Shown here: positions 11,701 to 24,708 of the stretch, one piece after another
Position numbering within the stretch: the stretch's first letter is position 1
Layout of the letters: each line of letters begins with the position of its first letter
Assembly (NCBI GenBank): GCA_002269645.1
Contig: NIVC01001235.1
Span: forward strand, 1 to 27,905
Reading direction: 5' to 3'
Origin: Macrostomum lignano
Lineage: Eukaryota
DNA length: 27,905 nucleotides
Made by a program: the position numbers and the translations under genes
The notes under the pieces: generated by a model
The model's input: only the letters and a program-made list of their open reading frames with translations
Databases searched by the model: none
What the model was told of the DNA's origin: nothing

Positions 11701-13945
11701 CTGGACGACTGCGACCAGCTGCTGCTGCGCGATGAGGCGGTGCAGGCGCTGCTGCTGGCACCACCCGATCGGCAGGTTCTCATGTGCTGCACCACCATCA
11801 GTGCGGCTGTGAGTGCCGGGCCTGACAGACAGACTGACTGACTGACTGACTGACTGACTGACTGACTGACTGACTGACTGACTGACTGACTGACTGACTG
11901 ACTGACTGACTGACTGACTGACTGACTGACTGACTGACTGACTGACTGACTGACTGACTGACTGACTGACTGACTGACTGACTGACTGACTGACTGACTG
12001 ACTGACTGACTGACTGACTGACTGACTGACTGACTGACTGACTGACTGACTGACTGACTGACTGACTGACTGACTGACTGACTGACTGACTGACTGACTG
12101 ACTGACTGACTGACTGACTGACTGACTGACTGACTGACTGACTGACTGACTGACTGACTGACTGACTGACTGACTGACTGACTGACTGACTGACTGACTG
12201 ACTGACAGACACAGACAGACACAAACACACAGTAAGCCACACAGGCAGGTAATACTTATATTTCCTAAACCTCACAGATGCGGCAGCAGTGCCTGGAGCT
12301 GATGCAGAATCCGCATGAGCTGTGCCTGAGCGATGAGGCTCAGCTGGCTCCGCACAGCCTCCTGCAGTATCGCGTGCCGATTGCAGACTGCGGCTACAGA
12401 GCTAAGAATGCTCGGCTGCTGAAGCTGTTGCGAGTTCTCGAGTTTGAACAGGTGCACCTGGCTTTAGTGATAATCTGGGGAGTTGGCATTCTGCCTACTT
12501 CTAATCGTGGTGACTCATTTCATTGAGCCACTGCAAACCTCCGCAGGCAATCGTATTTGTCAATTCCCCGCGCCAGTGCGACAATCTGGAGAAATTCCTG
12601 AAATCTCGCGGCCTGTCAGCGCTGGCGGCGCACGGGGACCTGTGCCAGGCCAGCCGGATGGAGAACTACCGGCTGTTCAGGAATTGCAAGCGGCGCATTC
12701 TAATCAGCACGGATTTGTACGCCTTTGGTCTGCAGTTTCAACGGGTCGGCGTAGTTATTAACTACTGTCTGCCTGCGGACCCGGGTCTCTACCTGTACAG
12801 GGTGAGCAGTTAGAGAATTTTGAAAGTCAGCTAGTCTGTCACATTCTTAGAATAGCCATTAATAGATTATTCCAGCACTTCATTCAAAGCATATTTAGAA
12901 TCACACTTTAACCAGCTTTAGACTCGCCCTTGAATCATTCTTAGAATCGCTCTTAAACCATTTTTAGAATCGCTCTTAAACTGTTTCTTAGAATCTCCCT
13001 TAAACCTTCTTAGAATCTCCGTAAAACCTTTTTTAGAATCGCCCTCAAACCCTTTCTTAGAATCTCCCTGAAACCCTTTCTTAGAATTGCCCTCAAACCC
13101 TTTCTTGGAATTGTCATTAAACCCTTTCCTAGAATCGCCCTCAAAACATTCTTAGAATCGCCCTCAAACTCTTTCCTAGAATCACCATTAAACCCTTTCT
13201 TAGACTCACCCTCCAACATTTTCCTAGAATCGCCCTCAAACCCTTTCTTAGAATCTCCCTGAAACCCTTTCTTAGAATTGCCCTCAAACCCTTTCTTGGA
13301 ATTGTCATTAAACCCTTTCCTAGAATCGCCCTCAAACCCTTTCTTAGAATCACCATTAAACCCTTTCTTAGACTCGCCCTCAAACCCTTTCTTTGAATCG
13401 CCTTTAAAACCCTTTCTTAGAATCGCCCTTAAATTGTTTTTAAATCGCCTTTAGATAATTCTTAGGATCGCACGTAAAAAAATCTTAGAATCGTCATTAA
13501 ATAATTCTCAGCACTTCATTCAAGGCATTTTTAGAATCGCTCTAAAACTGTTTCTAGAATCGACCATTAACCATATTCTTAGAATCGACCTTAAAAAATT
13601 ATAGACTCGCCCTTAAACGAGCTTTGAGAATCAGATGCTCACAAACACCAATAGCTTTCTCAACTTTTTTATTCACAGATCGGCCGTGCTGCACACTTCG
13701 GAAGCCGCGGACTCGCCCTGACGCTGCAGGAGCCGGACTCGGAGGCGCATGTGTTGAATGAGGCGGAGTCCAGATTCTGTATGCAAATAGCGCACCTGCC
13801 CGCCACAGTTCACGTATGCGACTATTTGCCGCCTGCTGCGGGTGGAGACGCCCAGCCACGCACTGGAGTGATTTTCTTTGCTGTGGAGCCGAATCGGGCT
13901 GCTGATGAAGCTGTGGTTGATGACGAATATCAGGATGCTGAATAG
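8787..13945 (+). CDS. DDX39: Divergent UAP56/DDX39-family DExD-box helicase (5 exons, 445 aa, no genomic ATG found)
   Basis: Exons 8787-9205, 11586-11808, 12278-12451, 12547-12801 and 13679-13945 splice in frame (GT-AG; phases 2,0,0,0). UAP56-specific signatures: DLLCQAPSGSGKS, LVLCHSRELA, GSPGR, ELMQNPHELCLSDEAQLAPHSLLQY, KNARLLKLLRVLEFEQ, HVLNEAESRFCMQIAHLP. Catalytic motifs II, III, V and VI are altered. The 5' end is uncertain, and the symbol denotes family rather than proven orthology. Confidence 0.85.
9325..11450. repeat. ~2.1-kb 19-21-bp minisatellite (ATGCTTGGAAACTCATCTCA / ATGCTTGGAAACTCAGCTGG) in helicase intron
   Basis: About 100 head-to-tail units of two alternating types, with duplicated multi-unit blocks and no unique spacers. 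Confidence 0.95.
11832..12203. repeat. (GACT)93 microsatellite in helicase intron
   Basis: Uninterrupted GACT run flanked by GACA units. Confidence 0.97.
12890..13615. repeat. ~24-bp minisatellite (TTAGAATCGCCCTCAAACCCTTTC) in the last helicase intron
   Basis: Degenerate tandem units, best conserved at 13010-13420. Confidence 0.9.
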
Positions 13946-13961
13946 ACTGACCGCTTACCGC

Positions 13962-14441
13962 GATCTCAAAGAATGAGCACTCAGATCTCAAAGAATGAGC
14001 ACTGAGATCTCAAAAGATTGAGCACCCAGATCTCAAGGATGAGCACCAAGATCTCAAAGGATGAGCACCCAGATCTCAAAGAATGAGCACTCAGATCTCA
14101 AAGGATGAGCACCCAAATCTCAAGGAATGAGCACCCAGATCTCAAGGAATGAGCACTCAGATCTCAAAGAATGAGCACTCAGATCTCAAGGATGAGCAGC
14201 AAGATCTCAAAGGATGAGCACCCAGATCTCAAAGAATGAGCACTCAGATCTCAAAGGATGAGCACCCAAATCTCAAGGAATGAGCACTCAGATCTCAAAG
14301 AATGAGCACTCAGATCTCAAGGAATGAGCACCCAGATCTCAAGGAATGGCACCCATATCTCAAAGGATGAGCACCCAGATCTCAAGGAATGAGCACCCAG
14401 ATCTCAAGGAATAAGCACCCAGATCTCAAAGAATGAGCACC
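13962..14441. repeat. 21-22-bp minisatellite (AGATCTCAAAGAATGAGCACTC) directly after the helicase stop
   Basis: About 22 tandem units. Confidence 0.95.
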
Positions 14442-14779
14442 TAGGTCTTAACGGATCAGTACCCGACTTTCTTTGCTAAGCTTCTGCAATATCAGTCTCA
14501 ATTCGCCTTATTGCATGCTTACCATATTCACTGTAGTGACTCTCTGATGCATAAAAAACGGCTGTGATAATTCAATTTTTACACACTTATCTTCTATTGT
14601 AGTTCTATCTTCTTTTTACAATCCATAGTTGTTGACTACTTGAGTAACTTTATATGCATATATATCTGATACATAAATAATGGATTTTATGATCTGAAAT
14701 GCAACTTTGTTTACTTTGCTTTTTGGTGTTTTTGGCTTCAATCAAAATAGCTAAATAAGTCAGCTAGAAACAAATTAGA

Positions 14780-15710
14780 TTGCAGCTAGGTGCTAAATAG
14801 TTGGCAGATAGATGCTAATTAGTTGGCAGATAGATGCTAAATTAGGTGGCAGATAGATGCTAATTAGTTGGCAGATAGATGCTAAATTAGGTGACAGCTG
14901 GATGCTAATTGGTTGGCAGATAGATGCTAATTAGGTGACAGCTGGATTCTAATTAGGTGGCAGATAGATGCTAATTAGGTGACAGCTGGATGCTAATTAG
15001 GTGGCAGATAGATGCTAATTAGGTCGCAGCTGGATGCTATTTAGGTGGCAGATAGATGCTAATTAGGTGACAGCTGGATGCTAATTAGCTGGCAGATAGA
15101 TGCTAATTAGGTGGCAGATAGATGCTAATTAGGTGGCAGATAGATGCTAATTAGGTGGCAGATACATGTAGATGCTAATTAGGTGGCAGCTGAATGCTTA
15201 TTAGGTGGCAGCTGGATGCTAATTAGGTGGCAGCTGGATGCTAATTAGGTGGCAGCTAGATGCTAATTAGGTGGCAGATACATGTAGATGCTAATTAGGT
15301 GGCAGCTGAATGCTAATTAGGTGGCAGCTGGATGCTAATTAGGTGGCAGATACATGTAGATGCTAATTAGGTGGCAGCTGAATGCTAATTAGGTGGCAGC
15401 TGAATGCTAATTAGGTGGCAGCTGGATGCTAATTAGGTGGCAGATACATGTAGATGCTAATTAGGTGGCAGCTGAATGCTAATTAGGTGGCAGCTGGATG
15501 CTAATTAGGTGGCAGCTGAATGCTAATTAGGTGGCAGATACATGTAGATGCTAATTAGGTGGCAGCTGAATGCTAATTAGGTGGCAGCTGGATGCTAATT
15601 AGGTGGCAGCTGGATGCTAATTAGGTGGCAGATAGATGCTAATTAGGTCGCAGCTGGATGCTATTTAGGTGGCAGCTGGATGCTAATTAGGTGGCAGCTA
15701 GATGCTAATT
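14780..15710. repeat. 22-bp minisatellite (GATGCTAATTAGGTGGCAGCTG/ATA) upstream of AMDHD2
   Basis: About 40 tandem units ending about 20 nt before the AMDHD2 acceptor. Confidence 0.95.
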
Positions 15711-15729
15711 ACCACCTGAAGTGTTCCAG

Positions 15730-17941
<2,212 letters not shown>

Positions 17942-17964
17942 TGAGCAGACTAGGTTAACAGATG

Positions 17965-18300
17965 CGACCTTGGCTGACCCGGTTGCCACCCTGGTTTCTA
18001 GTTTCATGATGACCTTAGCTGACCCTTTATCAACTGGCTTGACCTTAGCTGACCCCTGTTTTAACTGGCTTGACCTTAGCTGACCCCTGTTTTAACTGGC
18101 TTGACCTTAGCTGACCCTTGTTTTAACTGGCTTGACCTTATCTGACCCCTGTTTTAACTGGCTTGATCTTATCTGACCCCTGTTTTAACTGGCTTGACCT
18201 TAGCTGACCCTGTTTTAACTGGTTTGACCTTAGCTGACCCCTGATTAAACTGGCGTAAAATTTGGTGATCCTATTAAAACTGCCGTAACCTTGATTGACC
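17965..18300. repeat. 31-bp minisatellite (GACCTTAGCTGACCCCTGTTTTAACTGGCTT) after the AMDHD2 stop
   Basis: About 7 well-conserved units with degenerate edges. Confidence 0.9.
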
Positions 18301-19124
18301 CCGCTTTTTTATTTGACCTTAAGAATCAGACCTGATCTACATGTATTCATTCCACAGTGCAACTGCAGCATTAGTACTCGTATATTGCGATTCAGCAAGT
18401 GCTAATCAGACTTGCTTAGAATAATCTTTCATTTGCGGAATTTCAGAGCTTCATGTTCGCGAAATAGAGAATTTTTGTGCCTTAAATTTGTTTAGCTATC
18501 AATCACTGAGTTGTCATTATTTCTGTAAGTACATTCGTATTCATTTTCATTAACTCTTTCAGATCAGTAAAAGAGTAAGTATTAATAGACACTATTCATA
18601 ATTCTAGAAATTGTTTTCAGATTTAGATGCAAAATGCTTCTGACTGGGAGATATTAGCAAGCTTATTTGAGTCTTTATACCTTGAGCGGAATATTAAATA
18701 CACCGTCATTTCTTTGTAACTCCCAGCGAGTTGCCCAGTTTTGACCATAGAGCATGTGCAGACCAGCAGTTCTTGTCCTTTATTCCTGATTCTAAAACCG
18801 TGATTCACTTCTCGGTCTTATTGGCACTCAAAATGATTGCATTGTGCGATTTGCGTGTGAGGTTGAGTTGTGCCTTGAGTCCGTGCCACTAAACTCTGCC
18901 GCTGACAGAGCGTTCTGGGCTGCCACCAATGTAAGAGCTGCGAATTTACGGTAACTCCTAAAGGTCAGAGGTTAAAGTGCACAGAGAGCACGTGATCAAA
19001 CAGGTGGAATACGATAGCAAATACAAGCTCAAAGGCGCAACTCAACCTGACATGAGAACCTCACAGCACTACTCGTGAGTAGGCACTCAAGCTTATGCAT
19101 AAACCGTCCCCGCAGCCGGCAGCC

Positions 19125-21824
19125 ATGCCCGACCCCGTCGCCGCCGACCAGCAGAGCGCCCTTTCCAGCTGGCTGAACTCCGTGGCCCCGGAGCGAATCT
19201 TCTGCGGTGTCCTTGGCTTCTTCTGGCTCACCTACCTGTGGGAGAACTACCTGGCCTGGCGGCAGTACAAACTCATGCGCGACTCGCCTCAGCTGCCCGA
19301 GGCCGCCCGGCAGCTTACGGACGACCAGACCTACGCCAAGGCCCGGGCCTACAGCATCGACAAGAGCCGGTACAGTGCTGTCCGCGGCCTCTGGTCGCAG
19401 CTCCTGTTCACCTTCATCCTGCTAGCCGAGCTCATGCCCCGCCTGTGGGCCGTGGCCGGCCGCCATCTGGACAGCCTGGCCGGGCCTGATGCCAGCCGCG
19501 GCCAGCTGCCGCAGTCGATGGTGTTCCTGGTGTACGTCATGCTGCTGTCCTTCCTAATCGACCTGCCCTGGTCGGTGTACAAGAACTTCGTGCTGGAGGC
19601 CAGGCACGGCTTCAACAAGCAGACACCGGGTTTCTACGCCAAGGACCAGCTTAAGAGCCTGCTGCTGAGCATGGCCATCGGCCTGCCGATCGCCGCCGCC
19701 CTGCTCTGGCTGATCGAGCGTGGCGGGCCGTACTTCTACGTGTACGCCTGGCTTCTGGCCTCCGTTGTGATTTTCGTTCTCATGCTGGTGTACCCCAGCT
19801 TCATTGCGCCCCTGTTTGACACGTACGAGCCGCTGCGCGAGGGCCAGCTGAAGCAGCGCATTGAAGATCTGGCTAAGCGGCTGGAGTTCCCGCTGACCCA
19901 GCTGCTGGTGAGACGGTTGGGCGAATGCGGTTAACTGAGAACACTCAATTGCATGGAGTGGGGTTAGAGCTCGGGTGTGGGTGACAGGCGGGTGCGAGGC
20001 TTGGGTGGATGACATTGGCTTGAGGTAGGTGAGAGTAGCTTGGGGTGGGTGACAGTGGCTTGTGATGGGTGACAGCGGCTTGGGGTTGGTGACAGCGGCT
20101 TGGAGTGGGTGAGAGTGCCTTGGGGTGGGTGAGAGTAGCTTGGGGAGTGTGAGAGTGGCTTGGGTGGGTAAGAGTAGGTTGGGGTGGGTAAGAGTAGGTT
20201 GGGGAGGGTAAGAGTAGGTTGGGGTGGGTAAGAGTAGGTTGGGGAGGGTAAGAGTAGGTTGGGGTGGGTAAGAGTAGGTTGGGGTGGGTAAGAGTAGGTT
20301 GGGGTGGGTAAGAGTAGGTTGGGGTGGGTAAGAGTAGGTTGGGGTGGGTAAGAGTAGGTTGGGGTGGGTGAGAGTAGGTTGGGTGGGTAAGAGTAGGGTG
20401 GGGTGGGTGAGAGTGAATGAGAGCCGCCGGCTGGGTGAGAGGCCGTCAGCCGGCGAGGAGTTCACTCAGAATCGCCGGCACCTCCCCGCAGGTGATCGAG
20501 GGTTCGCGCCGCTCGGCCCATAGCAACGCCTACTTATTCGGGCTGTGGCGCAGCAAGCGCATTGTGCTGTTCGACACCCTAATCGAAGGCTACCAGATGC
20601 AGTCGGTGAAGGAAAAGGAGGAGAAGGAGCGGGAAAAACGGGAGAAGGAGAAGGCCGCCGAAGGCCAGGGTGAGAAAAGCGACGAGGCGAAAGCGGAACC
20701 GGATTCTGCAGCCGGCGAGGAAAAGGAAAAGGAGGCCAAGAAGGGCTGCAACGATGATGAGATTCTGGCCGTGCTGGGTCACGAGCTGGGCCACTGGTCT
20801 CTGGGCCACAACGTGTCCAACATTTTCATCAGCGAGGTCAACCTGTTCCTCATGTTCTTCGCCTTCGGCCAGCTCCTTAACTGCCACTCTGCGTTCGCCG
20901 CCTTCGGCTTCCAGCAGCCGGCGCCGCTGCTGCTCCGGCTGGCCTTCGTGCTGGAGTTCCTGCTGTCGCCATACAATGAGCTGCTCGGCTTCGCCATGAT
21001 CTGCCTCACCCGCCTGTTCGAGTTCCAGGTGCGCTCGCCGCTGCTCAACCTCTTGCTCTCTATCCCCCATCCTCCCTCTCCCTCTCCCTCTCCTCCCTCT
21101 CCCTCTTCTCCCTCTCCCTCTCCTCCCTCTCCCTCTCCCTCTCCTCCCTCTCCCTCTTCTCCCTCTCTAGTCTCCCTCTCCCTCTTCTCCCTCTCCCTCT
21201 TCTCCCTCTCCCTCTTCTCCCTCTCCCCCTCCCTCTTCTCCCTCTCCAGTCTCCCTCTCCCTCTTCTCCCTCTCCCTCTTCTCCCTATCCCTCTTCTCCC
21301 TCTCCCCCTCCCTCTTCTCCCTCTCCAGTCTCCCTCTCCCTCTTCTCCCTCTCCCTCTTCTCCCTCTCCCTCTTCTCCCTCTCCCCTCTCCCTCTTCTCC
21401 CTCTCCAGTCTCCCTCTCCCTCTTCTCCCTCTCCCTCTTCTCCCTCTCCCCCTCCCTCTTCTCCCTCTCCAGTCTCCCTCTCCCTCTTCTCCCTCTCCCC
21501 CTCCCTTTTCTCCCTGTCTCTCTCCTCCCTCTCACCACTGTACCTCTTCTTCATCTCCTCAGCTTTTACTACTAGCAGTAGCCATTCATATAATTGCTTA
21601 TAAAATTTCATTCTTTTTTTCAAACTTAGGCCGACCGATTCTCAGTGAGGCTGGGCTTTGGCCAGCAGCTGAAGACGGCGCTAATTAAACTGCACACGGA
21701 CAACCTGTCCTACCCGCTGTTTGACCCGCTGTACAGCGCTTTCAATCACTCGCACCCCACTGTGCTGCACCGGCTGGCCGCTATTGATCAGGCCGAGGCC
21801 GAGGACGAGGCCAAGACTAAATAG
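19125..21824 (+). CDS. ZMPSTE24: CAAX prenyl protease 1 (Ste24/FACE-1 zinc metalloprotease), 3 exons, 504 aa
   Basis: Exons 19125-19907, 20492-21028 and 21630-21824, all phase-0 GT-AG. Motifs: WENYLAWRQ, KARAYSIDKSRY, FVLEARHGFNKQT, PSFIAPLFDTYEPL, EGSRRSAHSNAY, KRIVLFDTL, GHELGHW (HExxH), EFQAD and HSHP..HRL. ATG 19125 has the better context (GCAGCCATGC); an in-frame ATG at 19095 is an alternative. Confidence 0.95.
20020..20415. repeat. 20-bp G-rich minisatellite (GGGGTGGGTAAGAGTAGGTT) in ZMPSTE24 intron 1
   Basis: About 12 near-perfect units at 20160-20410 plus degenerate units upstream. Confidence 0.93.
21065..21535. repeat. Polypyrimidine (CCCTCT/CTTCT) tract in ZMPSTE24 intron 2
   Basis: Almost purely C/T on the + strand; source of the Glu/Arg/Gly and Ser/Pro/Leu pseudo-ORFs. 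Confidence 0.93.
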
Positions 21825-21959
21825 GGGGAGTCTCAGTGCCGTTTCTTGGATTTCATTCCGTAGGGAGGCCGTCTGTAGCCATACTTTATATAGATTCTTT
21901 AACTGCCCTCTGCCGACACTTATAGGTGTGCCTGAAACTGCTTAGCACAGGGATGGAGA

Positions 21960-22205
21960 TTGGATGAAATCAGAGAGTGAAATAGATGAGTGGAAGTGAG
22001 ATTAGAGAGTGGGATAGATAAGAGATGAGATTAGAGAGAGTTAGATAAGAGGAGATGAGATTAGAGGGCGAGATAGATAATAGGCGAGATATGAGACTGT
22101 GATAGATAAGAGAAGGTGAGATTAGAGGGTGAGATAGATAATAGGCGAGAGATTAGAAACTGGGATAGATAAGAGTAGGTAAGATTAGAGAAAGAGATAG
22201 ATAGT
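21960..22205. repeat. Degenerate ~27-bp GAGATTAGAG..GATAGATAA repeats in the ZMPSTE24 3' region
   Basis: Several imperfect units; the homologous array is at about 25040-25310. Confidence 0.75.
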
Positions 22206-22666
22206 GATTGTGTAATCAGAGTGTTTGCTGGGATTAAAGAGTTCGATGAGACATAAAATATGAGATTAGCGAAACTAGATAAGTGAAAAGAGAAGTGAGA
22301 TCACTTTTTAGACACTTCGTATATGTTGATAAGAAAATGGATTCAGCACAGCTCTATTTATATGATTGATATCAAAATATGTTCATTTCTGTCATGTATC
22401 CGCTGTCCTTTGTTAGCTCGATAATTGCTAAATTTGCTCCGAGTTTTTCGGATGTATTTTTCATAGCCTGCTGTATGATTTTTCAAATATTTATTCTGAG
22501 TTAGGCAAGCAGTGAGGGCCAGGGACCGGAGCCCAGTGCATCCAAGCATTAATTTTGTTTAATTTCATTCGATAATACTTGATTACAGCGCTACTTCTAG
22601 TAGTGAATTAAAAACACAAAGTCTGCTTTATTAAGCTTTTATTTTATTTTCTGTCTTTAAGGCTAA

Positions 22667-22672
22667 AATAAA
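22667..22672 (+). promoter_or_regulatory. Candidate polyadenylation signal of ZMPSTE24
   Basis: AATAAA about 840 nt after the stop; a second AATAAA lies near 22855. Not verified. Confidence 0.3.
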
Positions 22673-22980
22673 TCAAATAATATTTGTAGCTGTCAACCCC
22701 GTGCGCTGCGATTCGCTCAAGTTCTTTGCAGTCTGCTAAAGGCAAAACAATATATACTTTACAGTTGTGTACTCCTGCGGCTGCGTGCCAAACTTTGGTT
22801 TGTCAGTCTGACATCATCTGGCTTGAACTAGTGTAGCTCTGATCAATATAATTCAATAAATTTATGCGGCCAAAGCTTCCGCTTCATTTGGTTAAGGGCG
22901 AGTTGGCCTGTGGGGCAAAAAATCGTGCTATTTTCATTCTGGCTTCATTTTTTGATGAATAAAATGTCCATCAGAAATGG

Positions 22981-23490
22981 AGTCCAGCAAAGGAGGTTAC
23001 AGACAGTCCGGCACAGGATGTGACAAGCATTCCGGCACAGGTCACAGACATTCCAGTGCAGGAAGTCACCGACATTCCAGTGCAGGAAGTCACAGACAGT
23101 CCAGCGCAGGAGGTCACAGACAGTCCGGCGCAGGAGGTCACAGACATTCCGGCACAGGAGGTGACAGACAGTCCAGCGCAGGAGGTCACAGGCAGTCCGG
23201 CGCAGGAGGTCACAGACATTCCGGCACAGGAGGTGACAGACAGTCCAGCGCAGGAGGTCACAGGCAGTCCGGCGCAGGAGGTCACAGACATTCCGGCACA
23301 GGAGGTGACAGACAGTCCAGCGCAGGAGGTCACAGGCAGTCCGGCGCAGGAGGTCACAGACATTCCGGCACAGGAGGTGACAGACAGTCCAGCCCAGGTG
23401 ACAGACAGTCCAGGACAGGAGGCCGCAGACAGTCCAGCACGGGAGGTGACAGACAGTCTAGCACAGGAGGCCACAGACAGTCAAGCACAG
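22981..23490. repeat. 24-bp minisatellite (CACAGACAGTCCAGCGCAGGAGGT), copy 1
   Basis: About 21 units with a 72-bp three-unit higher-order block. Confidence 0.93.
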
Positions 23491-23559
23491 CCCGGTGTAA
23501 AATGGTTAGCATGGTTGTGACACTCGAGGACACTCGCTCTGTTACACCCTTCCAAAAAT

Positions 23560-23941
23560 GACACTAAACGACACTTATCTCTACTGTCGCCGGCACGACA
23601 CTGACGTGCGACACTGCCCTAAGACATTGGCCTGGATTGTCGCCGGCACGACACTGACATGCGACACTGCCCTACGACACTGACATGCGACACTGCCCTA
23701 CGACACTGGCCTGGACTGTCGCCGGCACGACACTGACATGCGACACTGCCCTAAGACATTGGCCTGGACTGTCGCCGGCACGACACTGACATGCGACACT
23801 GCCCTACAACACTGGCCTGGACTGTCGCCGGCACGACACTGACATGCGACACTGCCCTAAGACACTCATCTGACACTCATCCGACACTCATGTGACACTC
23901 ATCCGACACTCATCTGACACTCATCCGACACTCATGTGACA
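23560..23941. repeat. GACACT-based composite satellite (~52-bp units, then 11-12-bp units), copy 1
   Basis: CTGTCGCCGGCACGACACTGACATGCGACACTGCCCTA repeats followed by GACACTCAT(C/G) repeats. Confidence 0.9.
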
Positions 23942-24037
23942 CAGAGGTTAAAGTACACAGAGAGCACGTGACCAAACAGGTGGAATACGATAGCAAATAC
24001 AAGCTCGAAGGCGCAACTCAACCTGATATGAGAACCT

Positions 24038-24612
24038 TCTCCCTCTCCAGTCTCCCTCTCCCCTCTTCTCCCTCTCCCTCTTCTCCCTCTCCCTCTTCTC
24101 CCTCTCCAGTCTCCGTCTCCCTCTTCTCCGTCTCCCTCTTCTCCGTCTCCCTCTTCTCCCTCTCCCCCTCCCTCTTCTCCCTCTCCAGTCTCCCTCTCCT
24201 CTTCTCCCTCTCCCCTCCCTCTTCTCCGTCTCCCTCTTCTCCGTCTCCCTCTTCTCCCTCTCCCCCTCCCTCTTCTCCCTCTCCAGTCTCCCTCTCCCTC
24301 TTCTACCTCTCCCCCTCCCTCTTCTCCCTCTCCAGTCTCCCTCTCCCCTCTTCTCCCTCTCCCTCTTCTCCCTCTCCAGTCTCCCTCTCCCCTCTTCTCC
24401 CTCTCCCTCTTCTCCCTCTCCCCCCCTCTTCTCCTTCTCCAGTCTCCCTCTCCCCTCTTCTCCCTCTCCCTCTTCTCCCTCTCCCCCTCCCTCTTCTCCC
24501 TCTCCCCCTCCCTCTTCTCCCTCTCCCTTTTCTCCCTTCTCCACCTCCTTCCCTCTCTCCTTCTTTCCTCTCCTTCCCTCTCCCTTTTCTCCCTGTCTCT
24601 CTCCTCCCTCTC
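24038..24612. repeat. Polypyrimidine tract, duplicate of ZMPSTE24 intron 2
   Basis: Same CCCTCT/CTTCT composition and the same 3' end as 21065-21629. Confidence 0.9.
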
Positions 24613-24708
24613 ACCACTGTACCTCTTCTTCATCTCCTCAGCTTTTACTACTAGCAGTAGCGATTCATATAATTGCTTATAAAATTTCATTCTTTTTTTC
24701 AAACTTAG

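Noticed and set aside
11581-12275. SVSQ-repeat ORFs, and similarly the RQTD, Glu/Arg/Gly and MLGNSS ORFs elsewhere
   Set aside because: Translations of stop-free microsatellites and minisatellites.
14496-14520. TTATTGCATG resembling the 3' end of flatworm spliced leaders (SL RNA gene?)
   Set aside because: Not followed by the GT donor required in an SL RNA, and no evident Sm site or 5' stem; the match is short.
20600-20745. Highly charged Lys/Glu insert in ZMPSTE24
   Set aside because: Lies in the known variable loop between DTL and the GC..E..AVL-HExxH segment; not unusual.
20417-21688. 423-aa ORF with a Ser/Pro/Leu tail
   Set aside because: ZMPSTE24 exon 2 plus read-through into CT-rich intron 2; EFQ|AD splicing restores the family motif.
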